64,000 bases of DNA from Thermodesulfovibrionales bacterium (GCA_041660325.1 JBAZWR010000001.1:702-64701); one strand, 5' to 3'. Shown: positions 1 to 8,245, counted from the first letter of the stretch. The notes: generated by a model not told the origin, from the sequence alone. Numbers and translations: made by a program.

Positions 1-1187
1 CAACCGTTGGCAAACTTGGTATTATTAATCGTGAAGCTGCAACCAATCAAGCTGTCTGTGCAATATTCCCTCATAAGGAATTAGACACAAAGTATCTATT
101 TTGGTATCTAAAATCTCTTCGTGCTGATTTAATTTCTAAATCACTGGGTGGAGCGCAGCCTAATATAAGTCAAGGTATACTTCGCAATATACCTTTTCCT
201 CTTGCCCCTCTCGATCAACAAAAACTTATCGTTGCTGAAATTGAAAAGCAGTTCTCCCGTCTGGATGAAGCTGTGGCTGCGCTCAAGCGCATACAGGCAA
301 ATCTCAAACGATATAAAGCCTCTGTTCTTAAGGCTGCTGTTGAAGGAAAATTGACAGAAGAATGGCGTTCCCGTAGGCGCGTATTGCAATACGCCCCTAC
401 AAAAGACGAAACCGGTGCGGATTTATTAAAACGCATCCTTACTGAAAGACGAAAAAAATGGGAAGAAGATTATGTCAACAAATATGTAGGGGCGCATGGC
501 CATGCGCCCAAAGATGATTCGTGGAAGAAGAAATATAAAGAACCAGCTGCGCCGGATACATCAAAACTACCGGATTTGCCGATGGGGTGGGTGTGGAGTA
601 CGACTGATCAATTGAGTTGGTATATAACAAGCGGGTCGCGTGATTGGAAAAAATATTACAGTAATAAAGGCGTATTATTCATTAGGACGCAAGATATCAA
701 CAAGAATAAACTTGAGTTAGCAAATGTTGCGTATGTTGATCTGCCCGATACTGCGGAAGGGAAAAGAAGTTTAGTCGAATGTGAAGACATGCTCGTTATC
801 ATAACTGGTGCAAATGTAGGGAAAGTAGCATTAGTTGACAAAGATTTACCTGAAGCATATGTTAGTCAATCGGTAGGCTTAATGAAACTTTCATATAAAA
901 ATATTGCAAAATATCTTCATTTTGCAATGATTGCAGAAGGCGCTGGTAAAACTCAGTTGGAGAAAATGGTATATGGTATGGGCAGACCTGTATTGAACCT
1001 TGAAAACCTTCATGAGCTTCAGATTCCCCTACCTCCACACAATGAACAGCTTCAGATTGTTGCAGAAGTTGAACAGCATCTTTCAATAGTGAATGAAATA
1101 GAATATTCATTAGGAGATAATTTAAGTCGTGCTGAACGCCTGCGCCAGTCTATTTTAAAAAAAGCTTTTTCAGGGAAGCTCGTATGA
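1..1187 (+). CDS. hsdS: Type I restriction-modification specificity subunit HsdS (5' end lies outside the window)
   Basis: The frame-3 ORF is open from the window edge. It reads TVGKLGIINREAATNQAVCAIFP...GGAQPNISQGILRNIPFPLAPLDQQKLIVAEIEKQFSRLDEAVAALKR, a classic HsdS conserved/TRD junction. A second TRD follows, and the C-terminal conserved helix reads PLPPHNEQLQIVAEVEQHLS...RLRQSILKKAFSGKL. Confidence 0.85.
   Translation, partial: TVGKLGIINREAATNQAVCAIFPHKELDTKYLFWYLKSLRADLISKSLGGAQPNISQGILRNIPFPLAPLDQQKLIVAEIEKQFSRLDEAVAALKRIQANLKRYKASVLKAAVEGKLTEEWRSRRRVLQYAPTKDETGADLLKRILTERRKKWEEDYVNKYVGAHGHAPKDDSWKKKYKEPAAPDTSKLPDLPMGWVWSTTDQLSWYITSGSRDWKKYYSNKGVLFIRTQDINKNKLELANVAYVDLPDTAEGKRSLVECEDMLVIITGANVGKVALVDKDLPEAYVSQSVGLMKLSYKNIAKYLHFAMIAEGAGKTQLEKMVYGMGRPVLNLENLHELQIPLPPHNEQLQIVAEVEQHLSIVNEIEYSLGDNLSRAERLRQSILKKAFSGKLV
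373..400 (+). repeat. REP-like palindrome with a 5' GTAG head, in-frame inside the hsdS central linker
   Basis: GTAGGCGCGTATTG/CAATACGCCCCTAC is a 14+14 nt inverted repeat with one mismatch. It encodes RRVLQYAPT. Confidence 0.6.
486..509 (+). repeat. REP-like palindrome with a 5' GTAG head, in-frame inside hsdS
   Basis: GTAG is followed by GGGCGCATGG/CCATGCGCCC, a perfect 20-bp palindrome at 490-509. It encodes VGAHGHAP. Confidence 0.6.
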
Positions 1188-1261
1188 TAAAATTACAACG
1201 ATACGAGACTTCACATCTGAAGGGTGCTCAGGAATCTCTTTGCACATAATAGAGGTCAGAT

Positions 1262-1459
1262 TTAACGGCTTTTATCATGGGATTGCTGGGCTGCTGCAAT
1301 CTCCTGCATCTTCTTTTTTATTTCATTAGTAAGTTTAGGATATTTGATATAAACGCCCTCTATAGCAGTAGAAGATGCGACGCACCGCTCGATCAAGAAA
1401 GCGCGGAGTTCAGGGTCTTTGAGATATGGATTTGTCTGTTTTAATGATTTTTTTGACAT
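1262..1459 (-). CDS. Small protein with a Fic-antitoxin-type inhibitory motif (VbhA/YhfG-like); no Fic partner is visible
   Basis: This 65-aa ORF contains ...CVASSTAIEGVYI..., which fits the S/T-x-x-x-E-G/N inhibitory-helix motif. The recalled comparisons are VbhA ASQRLEGL and YhfG ASRRLEGV. Confidence 0.35.
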   Translation of the reverse strand: MSKKSLKQTNPYLKDPELRAFLIERCVASSTAIEGVYIKYPKLTNEIKKKMQEIAAAQQSHDKSR

Positions 1460-1491
1460 GTACTATTATACCAAAACCATGATATATAAAA

Positions 1492-1514
1492 GGGCGAGGG
1501 CACCTCGCCCCTAC
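1492..1514 (-). repeat. REP-like hairpin with a GTAG head (read on the minus strand), just upstream of the RAYT gene
   Basis: The minus strand reads GTAGGGGCGAGGTGCCCTCGCCC. It forms an 8-bp GC stem GGGCGAGG/CCTCGCCC with a 3-nt loop. Confidence 0.6.
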
Positions 1515-1539
1515 GGGGACGGTCGGTGGAAATATCACT

Positions 1540-2190
1540 ATGACATACAACCCTGAAATCCATCACCGCCGATCAATTCGTTTGAAAGGATATGATTATT
1601 CACAGGCCGGAGCATATTTTGTGACGGTATGTGCAAAAGACCATGCATGTTTATTCGGTGATGTTGAACAAGGGGAAATGATTTTGAATGATGCAGGGAA
1701 TATGATTAAGACATGGTGGTTAGCAATACCGGGTAAATATAGGCATGTTGAATTAGACGAATGTATGATTATGCCGAACCATTTCCATGGAATCATTAAA
1801 AATGTAGGGGCAGACCAATGTGTCTGCCCAGATTTATGTTTATGCCATGATCCATACGTCCCTGAAAATTCCAATGAAACCAGGGAAATGGGCGAACATG
1901 GAGACAACGGTGAATACACAGACAAGGGCGAACACATGGGTTCGCCCCTACCAAGGATAATACAATGGTTTAAAACGATGACCACAAATGCATATATCAA
2001 AAAGGTTCATGAGAAACTGTGGCCACCGTTTAATGGTAAATTATGGCAAAGAAATTATTATGAACATGTTATACGAACTGAAAAAGAATTTAATCAGATC
2101 AGGGAATACATTGTTAATAATCCAATACAATGGGAACTGGATACCGAAAACCCACAAAATACAAAAGGGAGTAAATTGAAAAATGCCTAA
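1540..2190 (+). CDS. REP-associated tyrosine transposase (RAYT, IS200/IS605-type Y1 HUH transposase-like)
   Basis: The N-terminus HHRRSIRLKGYDYSQAGAYFVT is typical of the family. An HUH motif is present in MPNHFHGI, and a catalytic Tyr region in LWQRNYYEHVIR. A variable insert lies between them. Confidence 0.85.
   Translation: MTYNPEIHHRRSIRLKGYDYSQAGAYFVTVCAKDHACLFGDVEQGEMILNDAGNMIKTWWLAIPGKYRHVELDECMIMPNHFHGIIKNVGADQCVCPDLCLCHDPYVPENSNETREMGEHGDNGEYTDKGEHMGSPLPRIIQWFKTMTTNAYIKKVHEKLWPPFNGKLWQRNYYEHVIRTEKEFNQIREYIVNNPIQWELDTENPQNTKGSKLKNA
1804..1829 (+). repeat. REP-like hairpin with a GTAG head, inside the RAYT variable loop
   Basis: The sequence is GTAG GGGCAGAC caatgt GTCTGCCC, an 8-bp perfect stem. 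It encodes VGADQCVCP. Confidence 0.55.
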
Positions 2191-3670
2191 CGGATCATCT
2201 GCGATTGTCCAAAAGCTCTGGAATTACTGTAACGTCCTCCGTGACGACGGGATGAGCTATGGCGATTATGTTGAGCAGCTTACGTATCTGCTTTTTCTTA
2301 AGATGGCTGATGAGCGGGCAAAGCCTCCTTATAATCAGCCGAATCAAATCCCTGCCAAATATGACTGGCAAAGTCTTCTGAAAAAAGACGGCGATGAGCT
2401 TTTTGATCATTACCGTCATGTCCTCGAAAGGCTTGGGAAGGAGAAAGGGCTTTTACGTCTCATATTTAACAAAGCCCAGAACAAATTTCAGGACCCAGCC
2501 AAGCTCCGCCGTCTTATTGTTGACCTGATTAATAAAGAAAATTGGTCGTCAATGAGTGCTGATGTGAAAGGGGATGCATACGAAGGGCTTCTTGAAAAGA
2601 ATGCACAAGATACAAAATCCGGGGCTGGACAATACTTTACCCCTCGTCCACTCATTCAGACGATCGTTGATGTAATGGCCCCTAAGCCAAATGAGACGAT
2701 TTGTGACCCTGCTTGTGGGACTGGCGGTTTTCTTATCGCTGCACATGACTTTATTGCAGATCATTACAGACTGACTAAGGATCAAAAAAGATTTCTCGAT
2801 GAAAAAGCCTTATGGGGCTGGGAACTGGTACAGAATACTGCCCGGCTTTGTGCGATGAACTTTATGCTTCACGGCATCGGCGGTGACACCCTTCCTATCA
2901 TAGTTATCGATTCATTAGCCGGCCACCCCGGAGATTATTTCGACATAGTTCTTACGAATCCCCCCTTCGGAAAGAAAAGCAGTATCACGATCGTAAATGG
3001 TGAGGGAAAGGCGGACAGAGAAACCTTGATTTATGAGCGTCAGGATTTCTGGGCGACAACATCGAACAAACAGCTTAATTTCCTTCAGCATGTGAAGACA
3101 TTGCTAAAACAACACGGCCGGGCATCTATAGTCGTTCCCGATAACGTGCTGTTTGAAGGCGGCGCTGGAGAAACAGTAAGGCGTAAACTCCTTCATGAAT
3201 GCGATGTGCATACACTATTAAGACTGCCGACAGGTTTATTTTATGCCCAGGGAGTAAAGGCGAATGTTTTCTTCTTTGACAAAAAGCCTGCCTCGGAAAA
3301 ACCCTGGACAAAGAAGCTCTGGATCTACGATTTCCGGACAAACAAGGATTTCACTCTCAAGACGAATCCCCTCAAGCACAGCGATCTTGATGAATTTGTA
3401 AAATGTTACAACCCGGAGAACCGTCATAACAGAAAACCCACATGGTCCGAGAAAAACCCTCAAGGCCGCTGGCGGGCCTTTGATTACGAAGAACTAATCA
3501 ACCGCGACAAGGCAAGCCTCGATATCTTCTGGCTGAGAGACGAAAGCCTCGAAGATTCCGACAACCTCCCCGAACCCGATATCCTCGCCCGCGAGATTGT
3601 CGAAGACCTCCAGGCTGCCTTAGTCCAATTTCAAGCTATTGCAGAAGATTTGGGAGAAACGGCCCAATAA
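2183..3670 (+). CDS. hsdM: Type I R-M DNA methyltransferase subunit HsdM (N6-adenine)
   Basis: The N-terminus LWNYCNVLRDDGMSYGDYVEQLTYLLFLKM is HsdM-like. An AdoMet motif is present in DPACGTGGFL and a catalytic motif in LTNPPFGKK. The start overlaps the RAYT stop by 8 nt. Confidence 0.92.
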   Translation: MPNGSSAIVQKLWNYCNVLRDDGMSYGDYVEQLTYLLFLKMADERAKPPYNQPNQIPAKYDWQSLLKKDGDELFDHYRHVLERLGKEKGLLRLIFNKAQNKFQDPAKLRRLIVDLINKENWSSMSADVKGDAYEGLLEKNAQDTKSGAGQYFTPRPLIQTIVDVMAPKPNETICDPACGTGGFLIAAHDFIADHYRLTKDQKRFLDEKALWGWELVQNTARLCAMNFMLHGIGGDTLPIIVIDSLAGHPGDYFDIVLTNPPFGKKSSITIVNGEGKADRETLIYERQDFWATTSNKQLNFLQHVKTLLKQHGRASIVVPDNVLFEGGAGETVRRKLLHECDVHTLLRLPTGLFYAQGVKANVFFFDKKPASEKPWTKKLWIYDFRTNKDFTLKTNPLKHSDLDEFVKCYNPENRHNRKPTWSEKNPQGRWRAFDYEELINRDKASLDIFWLRDESLEDSDNLPEPDILAREIVEDLQAALVQFQAIAEDLGETAQ

Positions 3671-3860
3671 TGTGTGAAGATTTTCATGGCAACATATAGA
3701 GCAATGAAGAGAAGCAGGAGGGGACGTTGATGAATTAGTTGACTTATTAGATGTAATTCATGGCAAAACTTCCGAATGCATGTTTCGAATGATATTCTTT
3801 ATTTTTGTTCACATGCCAGAGGCGCGTCTTTGCAGTCAACTAAATAATAGGCATCATATT

Positions 3861-4166
3861 TTATGCAACCTGTGAAAATACCCTGACTTCTTTCTCAAGG
3901 CGCTCACCGAGTGCATCGGCAGTAACGTCAAGGTCGTATTGAGACTGCAACCCAATCCAGAACTCCGAGGATGTTCCGAAGAACCGTGCAAGTCTGAGGG
4001 CCGTATCGGCAGTTATTCTTCTCTTTTCGAGGACTATTTCGTTTATTCTCCGTGCAGGCACACCGATATTCAATGCCAGTTTGTTCTGACTCAAACCCAT
4101 AGGCTTAAGAAATTCTTCAAGAAGAACCTCTCCCGGATGTATGGGGTGCAATTTTTTCTTTTTCAT
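3861..4166 (-). CDS. higA: HigA-family antitoxin (XRE HTH)
   Basis: The sequence IHPGEVLLEEFLKPMGLSQNKLALNIGVPARRINEIV...FWIGLQSQYDL is HigA-like. The gene lies directly downstream of a HigB-like toxin. Confidence 0.88.
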   Translation of the reverse strand: MKKKKLHPIHPGEVLLEEFLKPMGLSQNKLALNIGVPARRINEIVLEKRRITADTALRLARFFGTSSEFWIGLQSQYDLDVTADALGERLEKEVRVFSQVA

Positions 4167-4177
4167 ATGCTTACTCC

Positions 4178-4459
4178 TTAATGGTAGTCGGTTATTTCGA
4201 CATAATAGGCGTTATTATCTTTCCATACAAAACAGATTCGCCACTGGTCATTAATTCTTATGCTATATTGCCCGGCTCGATCTCCACTCAGCTTCTCCAA
4301 TCTGTTCGATGGTGGTATTCTTAAATCATTTATATTCCGAGCATTATTGATCATTCTTAGTTTTCTCAGGAAAATTTGTTGTATATCTCCGGGCAATTTT
4401 GCCGATCTTTCCCTGAAATATACCTTCTCGGTCTCTTTGTCCCTGAATGATTTTATCAC
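4178..4459 (-). CDS. higB: HigB-family toxin (RelE/ParE superfamily, 'plasmid maintenance system killer')
   Basis: This 93-aa ORF reads ...RLEKLSGDRAGQYSIRINDQWRICFVWKDNNAYYVEITDYH. The toxin-first operon order is typical of higBA. Confidence 0.85.
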   Translation of the reverse strand: MIKSFRDKETEKVYFRERSAKLPGDIQQIFLRKLRMINNARNINDLRIPPSNRLEKLSGDRAGQYSIRINDQWRICFVWKDNNAYYVEITDYH

Positions 4460-4693
4460 TTTCTTAGTTTATAACGCCACGCGTTAAACGTCAAGGGTTA
4501 TAGTTTGGCGATCAGATTTGTCATATGGAACAATCCATAACGTTATAGTGCGTGGAATAGTGCGATAATGTAAAAGAGCAGGAGGATTTCATATCCAGAG
4601 TCGGAGGTATTGTAAAGAAAGACCATTATCAAAAGAATCGTCAATGGCACAAACCCCCATGCTGTTACAAACGCTGGTTCACACAATGGTATA

Positions 4694-4722
4694 TTGACAC
4701 CTGTTACGATATAGGTTACACT
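4694..4722 (+). promoter_or_regulatory. Sigma70-like promoter of the second higBA; geometry suggests a leaderless mRNA
   Basis: TTGACA (4694-4699) is followed by a 17-nt spacer and TACACT (4717-4722). The GTG start at 4730 sits about 7-8 nt after the -10 element. Confidence 0.4.
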
Positions 4723-4729
4723 AAGTCCG

Positions 4730-5008
4730 GTGATAAAAAATATAAAGCATAAAGGGCTGAACAAATTATATGAATACGGGCATACAAAAGGAGTCAGGAC
4801 AGAACATGTAGAACGTTTAAGGAAAATGCTTGCACTTCTTGAAACAGCGGAAACGTTTGATGACATGGATTTGCCCGGTTTGAAATTGCTTGAGTTAAAA
4901 GGGAATAGAAAAGGAACATATGCTGTAAGTGTCAGCGGAAATTGGCGTATTACATTTAAGCTTCAGGACGGAGACGTTTCAGATGTTGATTATGAAGATT
5001 ATCATTAA
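4730..5008 (+). CDS. higB: HigB-family toxin (second copy, divergent from the first)
   Basis: This 92-aa ORF reads ...LKGNRKGTYAVSVSGNWRITFKLQDGDVSDVDYEDYH and is followed by a HigA-like gene. Confidence 0.8.
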   Translation: MIKNIKHKGLNKLYEYGHTKGVRTEHVERLRKMLALLETAETFDDMDLPGLKLLELKGNRKGTYAVSVSGNWRITFKLQDGDVSDVDYEDYH

Positions 5009-5020
5009 AAGGAGAATATA

Positions 5021-5305
5021 ATGAGTATGTACAATCCACCTCATCCCGGGGTAATTATAAGAGAATTTTGTATTGATCCTTTGAATTTGACCGTCACAGA
5101 GTCAGCAGCTTGTCTTGGTGTAACCCGTAAAACTCTTTCAGTGCTTTTGAATGGAAAAGCAGGCATAAGCCCTGAAATGGCCATAAGACTTTCAAAAGTT
5201 TTTGGGAGAACGCCGGAAGGATGGTTAAGACTTCAACTGCAGTATGATTTATGGAAAGCACGGAAAAGCATAAATATCCGGCATCTAAAACGAATAGCTG
5301 CCTGA
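5021..5305 (+). CDS. higA: HigA-family antitoxin (XRE HTH)
   Basis: The sequence [56 protein letters not shown]...[11 protein letters not shown] is HigA-like. Confidence 0.85.
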   Translation: MSMYNPPHPGVIIREFCIDPLNLTVTESAACLGVTRKTLSVLLNGKAGISPEMAIRLSKVFGRTPEGWLRLQLQYDLWKARKSINIRHLKRIAA

Positions 5306-5391
5306 TATCCTTTAATAATTCGTCATTTTCGCGAAGGCGGGTCACCTCAGCGACTCGCCAAGGCGAGAATTCAGTCTTTTCAATAGGTTCT

Positions 5392-5411
5392 GTCCCGAAA
5401 GCTTTCGGGAC
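5392..5411. repeat. Perfect 20-bp palindrome GTCCCGAAAGCTTTCGGGAC within a hairpin-rich intergenic patch
   Basis: The palindrome was read directly. Its core TCCCGAAA-N2-TTTCGGGA recurs at 46838-46877. The neighbouring hairpin CTCGCCaaGGCGAG (5354-5367) and the motif GGGTCACCTCA also recur near 46890. Confidence 0.6.
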
Positions 5412-5704
5412 CGGTCAAGCCGGAGGATGACAAAACCTGAGTTTATGGACAGACACTAATTAGTCAAGAACTTCCCCTTATTTCCTTGTTACTAAGTCTT
5501 AGTAATGTCATACCACGTCGCCTTACGGTCGCCGTGTTTCGTGAGATATCCCTTATAGCCCAAATGTCGTTAAATATGTCGTTAAATGTCGATAAGGATC
5601 AGGTTGCGCCGGGGCCGGAAGGGTTGTGATTTAACTTCATGCAGCTTTTTAAATTGTAGTTGTTGCAATTTGATCCGTCAGCCGGTAGAAAAATAGGACT
5701 CAGT

Positions 5705-5977
5705 TTAAATTTTGAACTCTAATCCTACGTTATATATAGAATTACCTGTATCTCTACACCAGCGAACGGCAGCAGTTATTGAATTGCTCATTAGGGTACT
5801 GTTTACCAGTATCTCTTGACCCTCTTGAAGAGGACGATGCGTTCTTATACACAATCCGGTATAACTGAAATCTTGAAGCAATCCTGTTGTAACTTCATCA
5901 TCAGTATGAGGGAGGAGATAATACAGGATTATTTGAGAGCAATCGCATCTTGAATACTTTCTTTTCTCCAATTCCAC
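5705..5977 (-). CDS. Single-domain PilZ protein (putative c-di-GMP receptor)
   Basis: An RxxxR motif is present (RKYSR) together with D-x-S-x-x-G (DFSYTG). The start codon is GTG. Confidence 0.7.
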   Translation of the reverse strand: MELEKRKYSRCDCSQIILYYLLPHTDDEVTTGLLQDFSYTGLCIRTHRPLQEGQEILVNSTLMSNSITAAVRWCRDTGNSIYNVGLEFKI

Positions 5978-6196
5978 GTTTTCCCTCTTATCGGACGGTT
6001 AATTGTCTTATATCAAAAAATTATCTATTTGTCAACTCCCATCCTCATTTTGAGGATGATGCGGCTTAATTGAAAAATTACTTATTATCATTTGAAAGAT
6101 TCAATAACTCATTAGGTTTCCTGTATGCCGCCTTCAGGAAGAAGCGGACATTGGCTAAAACCTTTAAAACGAGGACTTCAATGATAAAAGTATCAA

Positions 6197-6553
6197 TCAG
6201 AAATTAATCTGTTGGAAGGAATTTTGAAGGTGTTTAAATAATGAAGGCTGATTTCGAGCATTTATTTCTTCATTAAATTGGATACCTATAAAATAAGTAT
6301 TGTCTATTTTTTTGTTGCGTATAACACATCCTTCAATGGAATTAGTTTTTAATATGCCATCTGCAGATATGAAATTAATGGTAATTGAAACAGATGTTTT
6401 AACTTTTATTGAATTATAGGAATACAATCCAATTCCTCGTAAAGATATATTAGCTATCACAGTTTGAATTGAGTGAATCTCGCCTTTCTCTTCCAATACA
6501 AGTGCGGCAAGACCCGATATGGGAACTCGTGTATACCGACGCTTATTTATCAT
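6197..6553 (-). CDS. Single-domain PilZ protein (putative c-di-GMP receptor)
   Basis: An RxxxR motif is present (RRYTR) together with N-x-S-x-x-G (NISLRG). The start was chosen at MINKRRY, which has AGGA about 9 nt upstream. The ORF track extends to a TTG at 6595. Confidence 0.7.
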   Translation of the reverse strand: MINKRRYTRVPISGLAALVLEEKGEIHSIQTVIANISLRGIGLYSYNSIKVKTSVSITINFISADGILKTNSIEGCVIRNKKIDNTYFIGIQFNEEINARNQPSLFKHLQNSFQQINF

Positions 6554-6964
6554 ATTTTCCATCCTAAATGTAGCACATCCCGGATAGTATTTCAATGCAT
6601 TTATACAAATGTAATCTTTTATAACCCTACCTTAACATGTCTTTTATCTTCTTTTCCGGGAACCGGTTTGTACTATAGTGTGTTTTCCCCGCTATTATTA
6701 TCGGCGATAAAGTTATCGTTGGGTTTCATGAAAACAAAATCAATCCGGCATTGGGCCTATAAGTTTTAAAGAAAAGGTGGTAAAATTGAAAAATGGAGTT
6801 CATTGGTAACGGTGCGGCATTAGGCAATAAATTTAAAGGAGGTTATGAAAAAATCGATAAGGAAAAAGTTTTTAGCGCAATAGAAAAGAAATAATTGTCT
6901 TAGCAGGCATTCCGGAATAGCATAATAAAGCGGAGATTTTTTTACTCAGGAAAGGAGGCTGTCA

Positions 6965-8245
6965 ATGAAAAAATTAATCGTTCTTGTATCATTTTCTATT
7001 CTCATTTCATGCTGGGGGTTCTTAGATGTATCATTTGCAGACACGGAATCCTGTGTAAGCTGCCATCGGGGCGTCACGCCGGGAATGGTGAAAGACTGGG
7101 AAGCGAGCAACCACAGCAAGAAGGGGGTGACCTGTTCAACATGCCATGGGGACAAACACACCGGCCCGCAGAATGTTGAACTTGCCCAACTTCCGGATGA
7201 ACACCTCTGTGCTCAGTGCCACAAAAAACAGTTTGATGAATTTGCAAAAGGAAAGCACAATTTTGGATGGACTTCGATGAATGCTTTGCCGATCACCCAT
7301 GTTGAACCCGATGAACTTATGGAAGGCGGGAGAGGATGCGGCGGCTGTCATAATATGGGGATCAAAAGCGAGGACCAGAAAAAAGAGCAACGCGCGAAAG
7401 GGTATCGATATCAAAATAATTCTTGCGATGAATGTCATACCAGACATACATTTTCTAAAAAAGAAGCCCTTGATCCCAGGGCCTGTCAGCAATGCCATAT
7501 GGGATATGATCACCCACAGTGGGAGATGTGGAGCAGCGCAAAACATGGATCGAGATGGCACGCTAAGGATTCAGGGAATCTCCCGGCAGACGCTCCGGCT
7601 CCAAAATGTCAGGATTGCCATATGTCAAATGGCAGCCATGAGAACAGAACAGCCTGGGGATTCCTTGGCGTGAGGCTGCCGCTGCCTGAAGATGCTCAAT
7701 GGAAAGCGGACCGGATAACCCTGCTTAAGGCGCTTGGAGTGCTCAATCCGGAAACGGGGCAACCTACCGCTCGCCTCGATGCAGTAAAAGCAGTAGATTT
7801 GGCTCGTTTAACCGAGGAGGCATGGAAAACCGAACGTGAAAAAATGATAAAGATTTGCAGTCAATGTCATTCTTCACGATATGCGCGTGAACAACTTGCA
7901 ATGGGTGACTCCATGATGCAGAAAGCGGACAGACTACTTGCCGAAGCAATAGAGATAGTTGCCGGTCTATACAAAGAAGGTATCATCAAAAAGCCTGATA
8001 ATTATTCCTTTGCTTATCCGGATTTCCTGTACTTCATGCAAACAGGCGGTGGAGACACGGCAAAACTCTCCTATATTGATCAAGTTCTCTTCCAGATGTA
8101 TATGAAGCACCGCATGAGAACATATCAGGCTTTCTTCCATGTCAATCCTGATTATGCATATTGGTATGGCTGGGCAATGATGGTAAAAGACCTTGGAGAA
8201 ATTAAGGAACTTGCGCAAACAATGAGGGCAACGCATAAAAAATAA
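6965..8245 (+). CDS. Secreted octaheme c-type cytochrome, hydroxylamine-oxidoreductase (HAO) family-like
   Basis: The signal peptide reads MKKLIVLVSFSILISCWGFLDVSFA. There are eight CxxCH motifs: CVSCH, CSTCH, CAQCH, CGGCH, CDECH, CQQCH, CQDCH and CSQCH. The size of 426 aa and the C-terminal aromatic region (YAYWYGW) resemble HAO/epsilon-Hao proteins. Confidence 0.75.
   Translation: MKKLIVLVSFSILISCWGFLDVSFADTESCVSCHRGVTPGMVKDWEASNHSKKGVTCSTCHGDKHTGPQNVELAQLPDEHLCAQCHKKQFDEFAKGKHNFGWTSMNALPITHVEPDELMEGGRGCGGCHNMGIKSEDQKKEQRAKGYRYQNNSCDECHTRHTFSKKEALDPRACQQCHMGYDHPQWEMWSSAKHGSRWHAKDSGNLPADAPAPKCQDCHMSNGSHENRTAWGFLGVRLPLPEDAQWKADRITLLKALGVLNPETGQPTARLDAVKAVDLARLTEEAWKTEREKMIKICSQCHSSRYAREQLAMGDSMMQKADRLLAEAIEIVAGLYKEGIIKKPDNYSFAYPDFLYFMQTGGGDTAKLSYIDQVLFQMYMKHRMRTYQAFFHVNPDYAYWYGWAMMVKDLGEIKELAQTMRATHKK

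Noticed and set aside
4543-4866. A 107-aa hydrophobic minus-strand ORF between the two higBA loci.
   Set aside because: It overlaps the higB-2 coding region and its promoter. It has no plausible start or RBS in the non-overlapping part, and its sequence is unconvincing for a membrane protein. I treat it as spurious, though a tiny membrane peptide cannot be excluded.
6473-6769. A 98-aa plus-strand ORF overlapping the second PilZ gene and its upstream region.
   Set aside because: It is antisense to a motif-supported PilZ gene and has a hydrophobic, low-complexity sequence. It is likely spurious.
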